From: Octopus sinensis
Lineage: Eukaryota
Assembly (NCBI RefSeq): GCF_006345805.1
Contig: NC_043003.1
Location: 62,620,001 to 62,684,000, forward strand
DNA length: 64,000 nucleotides
Direction: 5' to 3'
Both the position numbers and the translations under genes were made by a program. Shown here in pieces: positions 41,198-54,806 of this stretch (position 1 is the stretch's first letter; the number at the start of each line of letters is the position of its first letter). Below the pieces are notes generated by a model, which saw only the letters and a program-made list of their open reading frames with translations, was not told the origin of the DNA and did no database searches.

Positions 41198-41592
41198 TTC
41201 TATGTTTGACTTTTGTATTATGTCTGTACAAGTTGGCTCCAAGTCTCACCCAGAGACCTCAAGAGACAATGGGTTGGAAGTTCACGTTGTTGTTATGCCT
41301 AGTGTGCCATATATTTGGGGTTTTTTTGGTGTTGTACTAGTGAATGTCTAATACATAAATTAAAAAAAAAAAAAAATTGTTTTAAACATTGGGATTACAT
41401 AGAGAGTATTTTGCGTAGGATATGAGCAGTTCCCATGAGCACTATCTTTTGAATTTCTGCCATTTTAGGGTTTCCTGGTAGCTGAGTTAGGTAGCAATCA
41501 GCCCCTTTCGCTATCATTCCTAGGGAACCTATGACAACAGGTATTGTTTTAGTCTTCAGGTTCCACATTTTGCTGATTTCTATTTCAAGATC

Positions 41593-41598
<6 letters not shown>
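41198..41598 (-). mobile_element. Second tandem 3' fragment of the same R4/Dong-type LINE in (TAA)n
   Basis: KDLEIEISKMWNLKTKTIPVVIGSLG..TAHILRKILSM*. The 3'UTR is highly similar to 40718-41071. Confidence 0.9.
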
Positions 41599-41604
<6 letters not shown>

Positions 41605-41624
<20 letters not shown>

Positions 41625-41980
41625 CACGAATGTGGCCGATGCCAGCGCCGCCTCGACTGGCTTCTGTGCCGGTGGCACATAAAAAGCACCATCCGAATGT
41701 GGCCGATGCCAGCGCCGCCTTGACTGGCTTCCGTGCCGGTGGCACATTAAAAGCACCAACCGATCGTGGCCGATGCCAGACTCCCCTGGCATCTGTGCCG
41801 GTGGCACATAAAAAGCACCCACTACACTCGCGGAGTGGTTGGCGTTAGGAAGGGCATCCAGCTGTAGAAACACTGCCAGATCAGACTGGAGCCTGCTGCA
41901 GCCCCTGGCTTCCCAGACCCCGGTCGAACCGTCCAACCCGTGCTAGCACGGAAAACGGACGTTAAACGATGATGATGATT
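41605..41980 (+). mobile_element. Young RTE LINE 3'UTR copy with 3-4 internal about 60-bp repeats
   Basis: CpG-rich 'cgaatgtggccgatgccagcgccgcc..gtgccggtggcacataaaaagcacc' units and a canonical 3' end. Confidence 0.85.
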
Positions 41981-41987
41981 ATTATTT

Positions 41988-42053
<66 letters not shown>

Positions 42054-42589
42054 TTCCCATGACACTTTTGTGCTGTGAGATGTACTGACACTATACCGAA
42101 AGAGTGAGCCATATCCAATGGCCAAAGTTCTTTTGGGTCATTCCTTCTCCTCCTTAGAATCCTTGCGGTTTCTAACAAGGCTCTTTTCTGCAACATTTCA
42201 TCCTGATATTTATTTTTTTTCTTCTAGAGTTGAATGGAAAGCAAGCCAGCGAGTGTGTTATTTAATAAGACATACAGACAAAATGACTCTCCCCAGACAC
42301 AACAAAACTTATTAACATTTTGTTGTAATTCCGTGTTGGTATTTCTTTTGCTCTATGTTGACATTGTAACTTGTTTCCTTATGATTCATATCAGACCTTA
42401 ACCTTTGGGATAGAATGTTTCCTCTATAAAAGTCCTTTTATGCTCTTCCTATATGTCCTCATTTTGCATTGAGTACTTCCCAGATAATTCTTGCTGAACC
42501 AAGCAAACAGGTTTTCTGCACTGCACCTACTCCCAGATTAAGATCCAGCTTTCAATGATTCACTCTCAAAATTTTTGACAGTCCTTGAG

Positions 42590-42591
42590 GC

Positions 42592-42639
<48 letters not shown>

Positions 42640-43010
42640 CCACCACCATCATGATCATCACCATCATCGTCATCCTCACCCTCCTCCTCCTTCTCATCAT
42701 CATCATCATTTCACACTTGTTTTCCAAGCTGGCATGGGTTAGATGTCAGGAGCTGGGTAGCTGGAGAGCTGGCTAGGTTTTATTAATAGTTGTCTGTTTT
42801 GTTGGAATGTTTTCTATGGCTAACACCAACCACTTTACAGAGTGTAGTGAGTGCTTTTCATGACACCAGCACTGGCACAAGTCCATTTCATGTGGCACTG
42901 GCACGAGTGCTTATCATGTGGTGCTGGCATGAAGATTGCTTTTTATGTGGTGCTGGAACAAATGCTTTTTACATGGCACCAGCACGAGTACTTTTTATGT
43001 AGTGCTGGTA
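42590..43010 (-). mobile_element. Degenerate RTE-type 3'UTR copy with long (CAT)n
   Basis: (CAT)n, then ttttccaagctggcatgggttag..ctaacaccaaccactttacag. Confidence 0.7.
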
Positions 43011-43155
43011 TTAGTGTAAAGACAAAATAATTCTCCCCAGACAACAAAATATGCTACAACACACGAATTCACATAAAGAATCTTGCAAACCAGATACAAA
43101 AACGAAGTTGATAACAAGGGTTTCTGTCATCAGCCACAATGACCTAAAACTTTAA

Positions 43156-43378
43156 CCTTTTAGAATTTAGATTTCTCTGTCAAATGTAACACTTATTTAT
43201 TCACATTGCTTTGAATTAATCGCACATTATCTTGTAGCTTTGAGGTTTTGGTGATGTATTTGTCTATTTGTTTGAGAATGGCATTGTAGGGTATGTGTGG
43301 GATGCCAGATCTAGTCAGTTTGAATATAAAGCAAATAAAATATACGGGCTGGATATGGCCAGTTTAAATGCTAAAGGG
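43156..43378. mobile_element. piggyBac-like MITE with TTAA target site
   Basis: TTAA-ccttttagaattta ... taaatgctaaaggg-TTAA. Related copies at 359 and 54807. Confidence 0.8.
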
Positions 43379-43496
43379 TTAAGGAAATTACCAGCCCTGG
43401 TCAAACTGTCCAACCCATGCCTGCATGGACAATGCATGTTAAATGATGATGATGATGATGGATTACAAGCACAGTAATGGCATTATATTAAAATAA

Positions 43497-43730
43497 AAGG
43501 GCGGCAAGGTGGCAGAATCATTAGCACGCCAGGCGAAATGCTTAGTGGTGTTTCACCTGCTGTTACATTCTGAGTTCAAATTTCACCGAGGTCGACTTTG
43601 CCTTTCATCTTTTCAGGGTCGATTAAATAAGTACCAGTTACACACTGGGGTCGATGTGATAGAGTTAATCTTTTTGTCTGTTCTTGTTTGTCCCCTCTGT
43701 GTTTAGCCCCCTGTGAGCAATAAAAAAATA
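43497..43730 (+). mobile_element. Family A SINE
   Basis: GGCAGAATCATTAGCACGCCAGGCGAAATGC..GAGTTCAAATT..CTTTGCCTTTCATC..GGGTCGATTAAATAAGTACCAG. Confidence 0.85.
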
Positions 43731-46700
43731 TATATTAAAATTTGGAAAGAGTATAGCCCAGATGTAATTGCATCAGTGGATCCCAACAGAGATATATTCT
43801 CAAAACAGAAAAATATCAGAAAAGGAAATGGAAAATTTTTAAAGAAAAACTACATCAGAAAAATTCATGCAATAAACATAAAACAACTAACAAAACTAAT
43901 AACAATGAGAATATAAAAAAAAATAAGAGAGATATTAAATCATAACAATTCTAGATTATAGATCACCTACAGGCTAGTGACCAATAAAAACTGAATCTGA
44001 ACAACAGGCAAAAATCGAAATATAAAGGAATATGAGGAAGATTTAAGAATGGGAAATTCTAAATGTGTATGTCGTGTCTGTGATAATCTAAAGCAGGAAA
44101 TAATTCAAGGATTGTAAACAATGGATGTTTCTAAGGATCAACAGAAATAGCTCCCAATGATGAAATAACTTGTGGCCATCACAGGCTTAATTATAACAAA
44201 CATAAACGTCGATACCATTTGGTTGAATGGAATAATGTGCACAGCAGCCACAGTAGTTTCAAAGTAAACTGGATATTTCCTTAAATCTAGTCAAATAGGA
44301 AAACAACATGGAAAACAAATAATCAGGGTAAGATAGAAAATAAAAGAAAAAATTTCTCAATAAAATCAATAACAAAATAATGTAACCAGAAAAGAAAAGA
44401 AAACTATGAAAGAAATATACCAAAAACATGTATTCTAAATCAAAGAACACCTGTAACAAAAGATACCTGTTAAATCACAAAAATCTGTTGGCATGAGAAC
44501 AACACTTCTTTGAACAGAACAAACAGTTTGGTTCCAATCCATACAACTTTATAAGGAACTGGGTAAAAATAAAATAGAAATCAATGTAGCATCAATAGCA
44601 AGTGATGTGGAATATATGTGCAGAGGTGTGTGGGTAGCTAAGAAATCCCCATGGACCAAGTTGCTCAAAAAAATGAACACAGGATCTGAGCAATTATGGG
44701 ACGCCATAACAACTGCAGAAGTTGTCATGATATGGGAAACTACATGAAAACACCAGAACATTAGATTCCAAACCTCTGGTTAAAATATTCAATGGGGATA
44801 TGTAAGTGACCAGCTGAGAAGTACAATGAGATATTGATGGAGTCAAAGCAACCCAAACTGGCTTACTGAAGAGGGAAAAAAAAAACCTATCTTCATTTCC
44901 AAAATTAAAATAACAGTGAATCTTCAAATCTATAGACTCATAACCTGTTTACTTTCAGCCTACACAACCTTAAATGTAAAGAGTAAAGAATACCTGAAAA
45001 AAAAAAATAATAAACGTTTTCATAAGAGCAGAAGGGATGCTGCAAAGGTTTATATAGGTCTAAAAATTAATTACTGATGAACACAGCCATTTCCAAAGAA
45101 GGAAAAAAAGAGTCTAAGCTTGGCAGGGATTGCTTATCAGAATAACAAACAATATTCGGATGGAACCAGATATTAAAGGTCAAATGTCTAACAGCATCAG
45201 TCCAACCTTTTAACTAAAGATAGCCTTTGGCCTATGACTAGGGTATCACTGCAGTTCTGTCCAGTAACTAGAAATAAAGCTCCCCCCCCCCACCGCTTAC
45301 TTAACTAATTTATCATGCTATCAGAAAAATGTTTCCGTGTAGGTCCTCAGCAGAAATGCCACATAATTTTTTTCATAGAATTTTGCTCCTGCTACTGTAT
45401 TATACGCATATTCATCCAATTCAGTGGCTATCACATTAATATATTATGAGTGTGTTACCACTATCTGGTGACATTTATAAAGCAGTTCCGTCTTACAAAG
45501 TGATGTAATCAACCCCAGAAGGAAGGGGTTCATTCAACACTCTCATTTTACAAAATAAGGGTTTTAATGCCAGTATATACATAGAGAGAGAGAAAATGTG
45601 AATTAATAATAATTGACAGGTGGATGAATAGGTTTGCTTTTGAACCAGGAATGAGAGAAGAGTTTCACAATGGCTGACACTGGATGTCAGGCAAATCAAA
45701 GGATTGTTGCTATGGAAATGTGCATGGAATATTATATATACAGAAGGTAGAAGAAAAGTTCAGCAAAATAGTCAAAAATGGTTTTTTTTTTTTTTTTTTT
45801 AGAAATCTATGTCTTCGCAGTTACAATGATCCAAATTTGTGCAACCTCCTCAACTCAAGCAAACATGGGAAATGTGTTAAATGTATTTAGATACTGCTAA
45901 CAACAGCAGTAATCAGAGTGATCTGATCTTACCACACAAATATCTACTAAATAACATATGAAACCCCAAAGAATGTTGTTTTAAAAAAAAGTCACTTTAA
46001 CATATTTTAAATGACATGGATTGAATATTGTGTCAGCTGAAATATTTTTAACAAAACTTGTGCTTACTACCCAGTTAGTGTTACAGCTCAGTCATATATT
46101 TTGGGAATTAACATTTTAGAGAAAACACTGAAATCACTAGAAATGTTTAGTTAGTCTTAATTTCAACATGAAATCTTTGCATATTCACAATCTTGTGTAA
46201 ATTAATCCAAGCACTCTATCTATCTTTAACAAAGCTGCTTTTGTTGATTAATCCTGATCAACTAGATGTATCATCACAGGCATTCTGGCTGAGGCCATCC
46301 TGACTTTAAATATGTCTAGTGCTGCATTGTCTAAGAAAGTTATGTTTATTTAAGACAGCAGGAGGAAATTATTTGGTAATTCTAGCAGGCTTTCTTGTCA
46401 TTTATGCTGATAACTCATATTCTCGAACAAATCCAATGTTGTCAGGTAAGAAATGATAAAAAATATTGACACATTTGATATTTCTCAACATATCTTTTGA
46501 TCCATTTTTGTGTATAGAGAATAACAGAGCTGTCAAGAATCTCTGCAACAAGGAGAGAAATATTAATGTTTAGTCAATTTCTCATTCACTGCTGCAGAGT
46601 TATTCTTTTCATAAACTTCAGGAATAAATATGTCTGATACTTAATAACATGTTTTGTAAAGTTAACTAGATGAGTGACAAATCTCCTTCTGCACTGCATT

Positions 46701-46816
46701 GAGCTCAATCAAAGCAAACTTTGGTATATATTATTGGCACACAACAGGCATTGTTTTCTCCCCCCCCTCTCTCTCTCTTACTCTTTCTGTCTTTTTCACT
46801 CTCTTATACACACATC

Positions 46817-46856
<40 letters not shown>

Positions 46857-48666
46857 CACACTCTATTTCTCTCTCATGCATTTACTACTAGCAAGAACTT
46901 GATGCACCTACCTTTTCCCTTATCATCATCACAGTTTCTTACTGCAGACCACATACTTACTATTTTATAGATGTTCCAAAGTGAAATAAAGCCTCCTTTA
47001 AAACAAGAAGCTTTTCTCATAAACAGTGAAATGACTACAATAGACTTCAAATCATAATCCATGAACTCACAATTTATTGGCTCTCTTAAAAACTCTTAAC
47101 TATTAAATTAAAAATATTAGTCATTTAGTCATTTTGAATTATTTTGGTCTTTGCCTTGTTGAAGCAAGTCTATTACAAAGAAATAATTTTGCTAAACCAT
47201 TTTATGCCTAATATATCAATCTGCTGGAAAAAAATTATTAGTGAGTTTAAAAGTATTACTACAAATGTTGCAACAACTTCATGCATTATTACTGCTTGCA
47301 TGCAATAATATTGTTCAAATGATGTTTTCAATTTTATCCTCATCTTTCCATAAGGCTATTGTATTTGATGCATTGAGAATTATTCACACTAAAGCTTTAT
47401 AGAGTTAAAAACCTTGAACAATTCTTCAATCGTGTAGATCACTGGCCTGACTACAATATACTATTCATATAATGATTTTACACTTTTAATGTTTGACTAT
47501 ATGTCATCTTTTATCTTTTACCTTTTACTTGCTTCAGTCATTTGACTGTGGCCATGCTGGGGCACTGCCTTGAAGGGGTTTTAGTCAAAGAAATTGACCC
47601 TAAGACTTTTTTTTTCTAAAGCCTGGGACTTATTCTATCAAACTGTTTTGCTGAGCCATTAAGTTATGGGGCTGTAAACACACCAACACCAATTGTTAAG
47701 CAGTGGTAAGGGACAAACACAAAGATACACACACACACATATACATATGGGGGCAAGTGCTGTAAGTTTTGCATAGTTGAATGGGCAAGGATATTAAAGA
47801 ACTCCCTCAACCTGGGGAATATTTTACATTCCAGGATGGAAATTTTCAGACCCTGCTTACGCTTCAGCAGATATCTGTTGAAGTCCCAGGACCTCAACAG
47901 GGTCAGTTATGGAAAGCAGTCTAAGGGAGACAATCCCTTATGCTTGACACTTCACCTTTGTCCCTGTATTTAACAACTAACTACAAGGTTTTTCTCCCTT
48001 CACTTTGAAGAGAGGTTATAGGCCACCAGCCATCAGGGACTGAAGGAATGCTGTGAAGCAAAGTGCTTTATGGATGTAAAACCCTGGTTAACTCCATAGA
48101 CTGGCCACAGCTATCTTTATCTAATTATGCACACAAACACACACACATATATATATGTTGTGGTTTAATATATGACATGACTCCCATCACTAGTGCATGC
48201 AGATATGAACAGATAAACAGGAAACTCATAGATCCAACTTCTCTGCTCATTATTATTATTTTCTCTCTGCACTGATAAGCACTATGATCATTTTCAAATT
48301 CAAATATGAATATATATTTATGTACGAAACATTTGTATGCATGAATAAACTTCTTACAACTTTTTAACATCTTATCTCCTCCATTTTTGACAAAATTGAT
48401 TGGATTTGTAGAACTTCATTACATAAATTAATCATACACTTTATATGTATAACTAATCCCCAAAAATGGAAAAAAAACAAAAGAAAAAATAACAGGAGGA
48501 TGTAGTACATGCAAAGTAATAAGACACTCAGGGAAGGAAAGAAAGAGTGTTTTATGTTTCAAGCAAAGCTTTTCTACAGAAACAGCAGACAGAGGGAAGT
48601 CCAAGAGAAAAGGAAGACAGAGGAAAATAAATCACCAGCAATTCACATGAAGTTACATTTTGGTAT

Positions 48667-48702
<36 letters not shown>

Positions 48703-48988
48703 GTTGTGTGTGTGTGTGTATATATATATGCACACACAACAGGCTTCTTTCAGTTTCCTCTACCAAATCTACTCACAAGGCTTTGGTTGGACTGAGGTTA
48801 TAGTAGAAGATACTTGCCCAAGGTGCCACACTGTGCGACTGAACCCAGAACCATGTGGTTGGGAAGCAAGCTTCTTACCACACAGCCATGCCTACATCTG
48901 TTTCTGGACTTATGCCATTCTAAGTGTTGTTGAAATTTCTTTAAATATTCATCAGAATGTCTGTGTAAACCTTTTAAACTTTATATCA

Positions 48989-49812
48989 ACATCAACATCA
49001 GCAATATCAAAATCAAATCAAATGGAAATTGTAGTTCTGAGCCCCATGCCGGCAGCACGTAAAAAGCATCATCCAAACATGACCGATACCAGTGCCACCT
49101 TGACTGGCTTCCATGCCAATAGCACATAAAAAGCACCATCTGAATGTGGCTGACGCCGAGTCAAGTACATCAACATCAGCAATATCAAGATCAAATCAAA
49201 TGGAAATAGTAGTTCTGAGCCCCATGCCGGCAGCACGTAAAAAGCATCATCCAAACATGACCGATACCAGTGCCACCTTGACTGGCTTCCATGCCAATAG
49301 CACATAAAAAGCACCATCTGAATGTGGCTGACGCCGAGTCAAGTACATCAACATCAGCAATATCAAGATCAAATCAAATGGAAATAGTAGTTGTGAGCCC
49401 CATGCCAGTAGCATGTAAAAAGCACCATCCGAACATAGCCGATGTCAGTGCCGCTGTGGATGGCTTCTGTGCCAGTGGCATGTAAAAAGCACCTTCCAAA
49501 TGTGGCCGATGCCAGTGCCACCTTGACTGGCTTCTGTGCCAGTGGCACATAAAAAGCACCATCTGAACATGGCTGATGCCAGTACCGCTTTGAGTGGCTT
49601 CCATGCCGGTGGCACGTAAAAAGTGCCATCCGATTGTGGTCGATGCCAGCTCCTCTGGCCCCTCTCTCAGAGTGGTTGGAATTAGGAAGGACATCCAGCT
49701 GTAGAAACACTGCCAGATCAGATTGGGGCCTGGTGCAGCCTCCTGGCTTCCCAGACTCCAGTTGAACCGTCCAACCCATGTCAGCATGGAAAACGGATGT
49801 TAAACGATGATT

Positions 49813-49844
<32 letters not shown>

Positions 49845-49850
49845 GATGAC
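48989..49850 (+). mobile_element. RTE LINE 3'UTR with an internal 178-bp tandem amplification
   Basis: 'acatcaacatcagcaatatc' at 48989, 49167 and 49345. Canonical end and (GAT)n at about 49800-49850. Confidence 0.9.
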
Positions 49851-49928
49851 ATCAAATAGTGCTGGTAGCTACTTTCATGAACACACACACACACAAATGA
49901 GAAATTAAATATATTTAAATTTTCTACA

Positions 49929-50337
49929 GGTGCAGGAGTGGCTGTGTGGTAAGTAGCTTGTTTACCAACCACATGGTTCCAGGTTCAGTCCCACTGCGTG
50001 GCACCTTGGGCAAGTGTCTTCTACTATAGCCTCGGGCCAACCAAAGCCTTGTGAGTGGATTTGGTAGATGGAAACTGAAAGAAGCCCGTCGTATATATGT
50101 ATATATATATATATGTGTTTGTGTGTCTGTGTTTGTCCCCCTAAGCATTGCTTGACAACTGATGCTGGTGTGTTTATGTCCCCGTTACTTAGCAGTTCGG
50201 CAAAAGAGACCGATAGAATAAGTACAGGGCTTACAAAAGAATAAGTCCCGGGGTCGAGTTGCTCGATTAAAGGCGGTGCTCCAGCATGGCCGCAGTCAAA
50301 TGACTGAAACAAGTAAAAGAGTAAAAGAGTAAAGAGT
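49929..50337 (+). mobile_element. Full-length young family B SINE
   Basis: GCAGGAGTGGCTGTGTGGTAAG..GGTTCAGTCCC head, GTGGCACCTTGGGCAAGTGTC core, internal (TA)/(TG)n and an (AAAAGAGT)n tail. Confidence 0.9.
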
Positions 50338-50814
50338 GATTGATATATTTCTTTTTTATACCTCTTAAAACTTTTATCAAAGTGATCAATTAGGATTCTT
50401 TTCTAAAATGTATGAAAAATAGTATTTAACCAAGTTTCAGATGTTTGCGTGTGCATATGTATTTTGTCTCTGTGAATGTATGCATACATAATCTCAGACA
50501 TCTTTTGCTGCTTCTATAAATGTTTTTACATATTGTGTTCATCTTTTTCTATGTAATTCAAAATTGTTTCATTTGATTCACAGCTGGAAATTCTCTTGGA
50601 GCAGAAACAAAAAGCAGAATTACAAAGCTTAAATGACTTCTCTTTTACTTTTCTACCAGAAGTATACATATTACAGAAAATAGCAAGTAAAGGTTGGTTA
50701 TAAATAATAGTGTGTGTTTCTTTCCCATAGGAACTCCCAGCTATTAATTACCATATAATGCTACTTTTGTTTAAAACATACTGCTAATATACACTGAGTA
50801 ATAAATATTGGTTT

Positions 50815-51010
50815 CCATGGTGGTGAGCTGGCAGAATTGTTAGCATGCCAGGCAAAATGCTTTACAGCACTTCATCTGTCTTTATGTTCTGAGTTCAAAT
50901 TCCACTGAGGTCAACTTTGCCTTTCATCCTTTTTGGGTCGATAAAATAAGTACCAGTTGAACACTGGGGTCGATGTAATCGACTTACCCACTTCCTCAAA
51001 ATTTGAAATC
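50815..51010 (+). mobile_element. Family A SINE
   Basis: GGTGAGCTGGCAGAATTGTTAGC..GGGTCGATAAAATAAGTACCAG..GGGGTCGATGTAATCGACTT. Confidence 0.9.
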
Positions 51011-52196
51011 TAATAAATATTGGTTTCCTTCCATCTTCAATTCTTTATATGATGTTTTTCATGTATTTACATAACTTATTATTCAACATTTTTCAAAAGT
51101 TACAAATAAGAAAACATTGCTTTTTAATGAACAGTTTCCTGTTTCTAAGCTATGTTTATTGATGATAAAAATATAGCTTATAGATGTCCATTTTAGCATA
51201 TAAGATTGTTTCTTATTTAAAAACCTTTTTGTTATGATTTACATCTAATAAAAATAACAAGTATACATTAAAATAGTTGTCTTCTTGTTTCTACAATTGG
51301 TTTGGTTAGCTGAAGGGTATGCAAAATATTCTGAATAAGGCTCTGTAATTTAATGAAGAAAATCATTTTGCAACAATAAATATGTTTTATTACCTTAAAA
51401 GTCATTGGTGCAGTTTCTTTTGAATAACTTTAAGATACGTACAAGAACAGTCTTTCAAATGACCATAGTTTGAATGTAAACAGCAGTAACTATTTGGTCT
51501 GGAATTCTGAGAGTCTGAAAAAAAAGGAGAGATATGTGATTGTACCCGCCATGTTACATATTATAGAATTTTTAAGCAACTGCAGCATTCTTTGTAAGGA
51601 TTGTCAAGAAGCCTCCATTATTGTTTGACTCATAACCTTTTAGCAAAAATGAGAAAAAGAGGTGCAGTATGAAAATGGGTTAGTGTGAAAATACTACTGA
51701 GATTGATGAAATTTTTTAACTTGAATCGGGTGATGTAATTATGTAAATGCATGTGCACATCCACGCATGAAAGCAGATACACAAATTGTACATATATATT
51801 CTGATTAAATTTCTTTAAATTGACCTGTATTTTGCGATTACATGTTCTTCAAACAAGCAGCTAGTGAGGGTGTTCATACATAATTTATCAGTATGCAGAC
51901 TGAAGGAATGGTAATTACAAACTGCACTTAATTTTCATAACAGTTTTGAACTTATTTCTAATTTGTTATCAAGTCTTCAAGTGTTTGTATATTTTATATG
52001 ACGTATATAATCCAGGAAGAAACATGATTGGAAAAGTCTTAATTCAGTTGTAAGGTACTGGAAAGATATCTAGTTTTTAAACACTCACATTTAATACTTT
52101 ATACAAATATTGAGAGTTACTGAGCAATCTAATACATACAGATCACCACTAGTTTCTTCTGATCCAACTGGATGGGGAAAATAAGATTGCATTCTT

Positions 52197-52610
52197 AAGG
52201 CATGGCTGTGTGTTTAAGAAGCTCATATTGCAACCATGTTCTTTTAAGATCAGTCCCACTATATGATCCTTTGTCAAGTGTCTCCTACAATAGCACTGGG
52301 ATGACCAATGCCTTGTGAATGAATTTGGTAAATGGAACTGTATGGAAGCCTTTTGCATATGTATGTGTGCATGATTGCATCTGTGTTTGTGTCCCACCAC
52401 CATCATCACCATCTCCACACCATTAGACAGCCAGTGTTGGTTTGTTTATGTTCCTATAACTTAGAAGTTCAGCAAAAGGAGCTGATAAAATAAGGACCAG
52501 ACTTGAAAGATAAGTACTGGAGTTGATTTGTTCAATTAAACCCTTCAAAACAGTGCCCCAGCATGGCTGCAGCCCAATGGTAGAAAGAAAGATAATAGAT
52601 AAAAATTGAA
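52197..52610 (+). mobile_element. Degenerate family B SINE
   Basis: Colinear with 49929-50337. Confidence 0.7.
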
Positions 52611-52826
52611 GAATAAATAAAAAAAATAGAGAGAGAAAGTGTGTAATGGGGAAAAATGTATTTCTTTATTTTTTTACTGATTTCAATAACTGGACTGCAG
52701 CCATTCTGGTGCTTTACATCCAGATCTTTAGTTAACCTAATATTTATTTCCCTCTCATTTTATTAATCACTGTTTCTTGAACTACGTAGTCATGGGGTAT
52801 GAACAGCACCAGATTTTGCATATATA

Positions 52827-53016
52827 TATGAGATGTATTGCAAAAGGCCTGGTTGGAGGCCCAACCCTCCGAGTTCTTTTATAGGGTTCAGAAACAGAAG
52901 GACCACTTCAATAAGTGTGTGAATCTGAGAGGGGAATATGTTAAATAAAATCATAATTAACTGATCTCTTGCATTTTCTTTAACCCAAAACCACGAACTT
53001 TTCAGTATCTCTTCAT
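52827..53016. mobile_element. Mariner-derived MITE (second copy)
   Basis: Internal sequence is the reverse complement of 16915-17030. Decayed TIRs. Confidence 0.75.
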
Positions 53017-54806
53017 ATATGCATGCACACACACACACACACACTCTCTCTCTCTCTCTCTCTCTTTCTCACACACACATGCTCATGCACATATGTGCAC
53101 ACACACACATGCACATATACATACATGTACACATGTACTCACACACATGTGTCCAACCTAAACATAGAAAAATGGATATAAAAATGACGCTGTTCATAAT
53201 ATATTAGTCATGGACTTCTGCAAAATTTCTGTCTGCCAAATTCCACTCACCAAGTATTGGTCAACTTGACTCTGTAGTAGAAGTCACTTACCCAAGGTGA
53301 CACCCAATGAGATCAAAGCCTAAACCATATGGTTACAAAGTAAACTTATGTACCACAGTCATGCTTATATATTTCTTTTCAGACAGGGAACAGTTTAGAA
53401 TAAAGAGCTCTGTTCAACACCTTTGAGAGTTAAATTAAATGATGTAATTGAAGTCGATTTTATTTAGTGGACTGTAAAATCTGAAGAAGATAAAATACTA
53501 AACTAAGGTATCAGGTGAGATGTAGAATGAGTTTTTGTCTATCTGATAGTATTTATGCTGTTTTGGACAAAACACTTGGCCTCACTTGCTTTAAAAGTGA
53601 TGTGGTGGTGGGCAATCATGTTCTATACATTATGAGTTTTACACATTGTTAGAAGAAGTAATTGCTTGTAGTTATTGTTGGTGGGGAAAGAAGCAAGTTG
53701 TCTACAAGTCTTGCATATATTCCTGAGAAAATTTTTTGAACAACCTGAAAAATTAGAATTTAACCTGATTTCTGATAAGAGAATTATTATATCAAAATAT
53801 TAATACTTTGTGTTCCTCTTCATTTGGTATCAATAGATCAAGCTGAAAAGTGAATTTAAATTTATTGGAAAGCAGAATCTGCCAACTTATGCATTACTTA
53901 CTTCACTGCATTCTTCAATAAACACTGTTGACATTTCTCTAGGATTAAATAATTTAACACAGTTCTCTCTTGAATGAAGAGTAAATAGGTATCAAAATTA
54001 TGACTTACTGGAAAAATATTGATTTAGAATAGAATATCAATTCATTTTCCAATATATTCTAAACAAATGTTTAATTAAGTATTTTCCATCTTCGAACTAC
54101 AATGTGAACGTACCAGGCTTCACTTTAACCCATACTCTTTATAATGAAAATAATTTACATTTTACATACATTTTTTTCATCTACAAATTCTACACCAGCT
54201 GTTCTGTTGTTTGGACAGCTATTGAATATCTTTCATAAACTATTCACATTTGAAATGTCTTTGACAGAGGAATTAAACTGCAATTTCTTTGTCATTTAAA
54301 TTTTATTCAGTGCTCTATTAACTCTGTTACTAATAATTGTCATAAATCAGAATATCAAAACTGATGATTTAATAAAATTAAACCAAACCATACGTTTTCA
54401 GCTCTATTGTATATTATGACAAATGCAAGTATGATAAATCATACTGATGAATTGAAGAAATATAGTTGATTGTAAAGTTACTGTGTATCTACAATGGTTT
54501 ATATGAGAAGAGCATCTGATTTCATTATTATTAAAATGTTTGCTTTCTTATTGAATAGTTCTCTGTTATTGCACTCTGTACCTGCTCCTCAATATTTAAT
54601 AATTTTTAAGTTTCCAAAATTACATCTCTTCAAAGTTTTCCAGTTGCTTTTTTTTTTGGGGTGGGTGGGGGTCTTTTCTTCTCCCATTTATTTCAAAACT
54701 ATCGCTCCTTCTATGTTAAAACTACTCACTTTTAGTTTTCACTGTCTATATATCATTAATACACATTGCATTTATTGCTGTTTTCATAAAATCTTGGTAA
54801 ACATTT

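Noticed and set aside
41620-41820. Regular about 60-bp repeats resembling a CRISPR array
   Set aside because: These are tandem subunits of an RTE 3'UTR with no unique spacers, in eukaryotic DNA with no cas genes.
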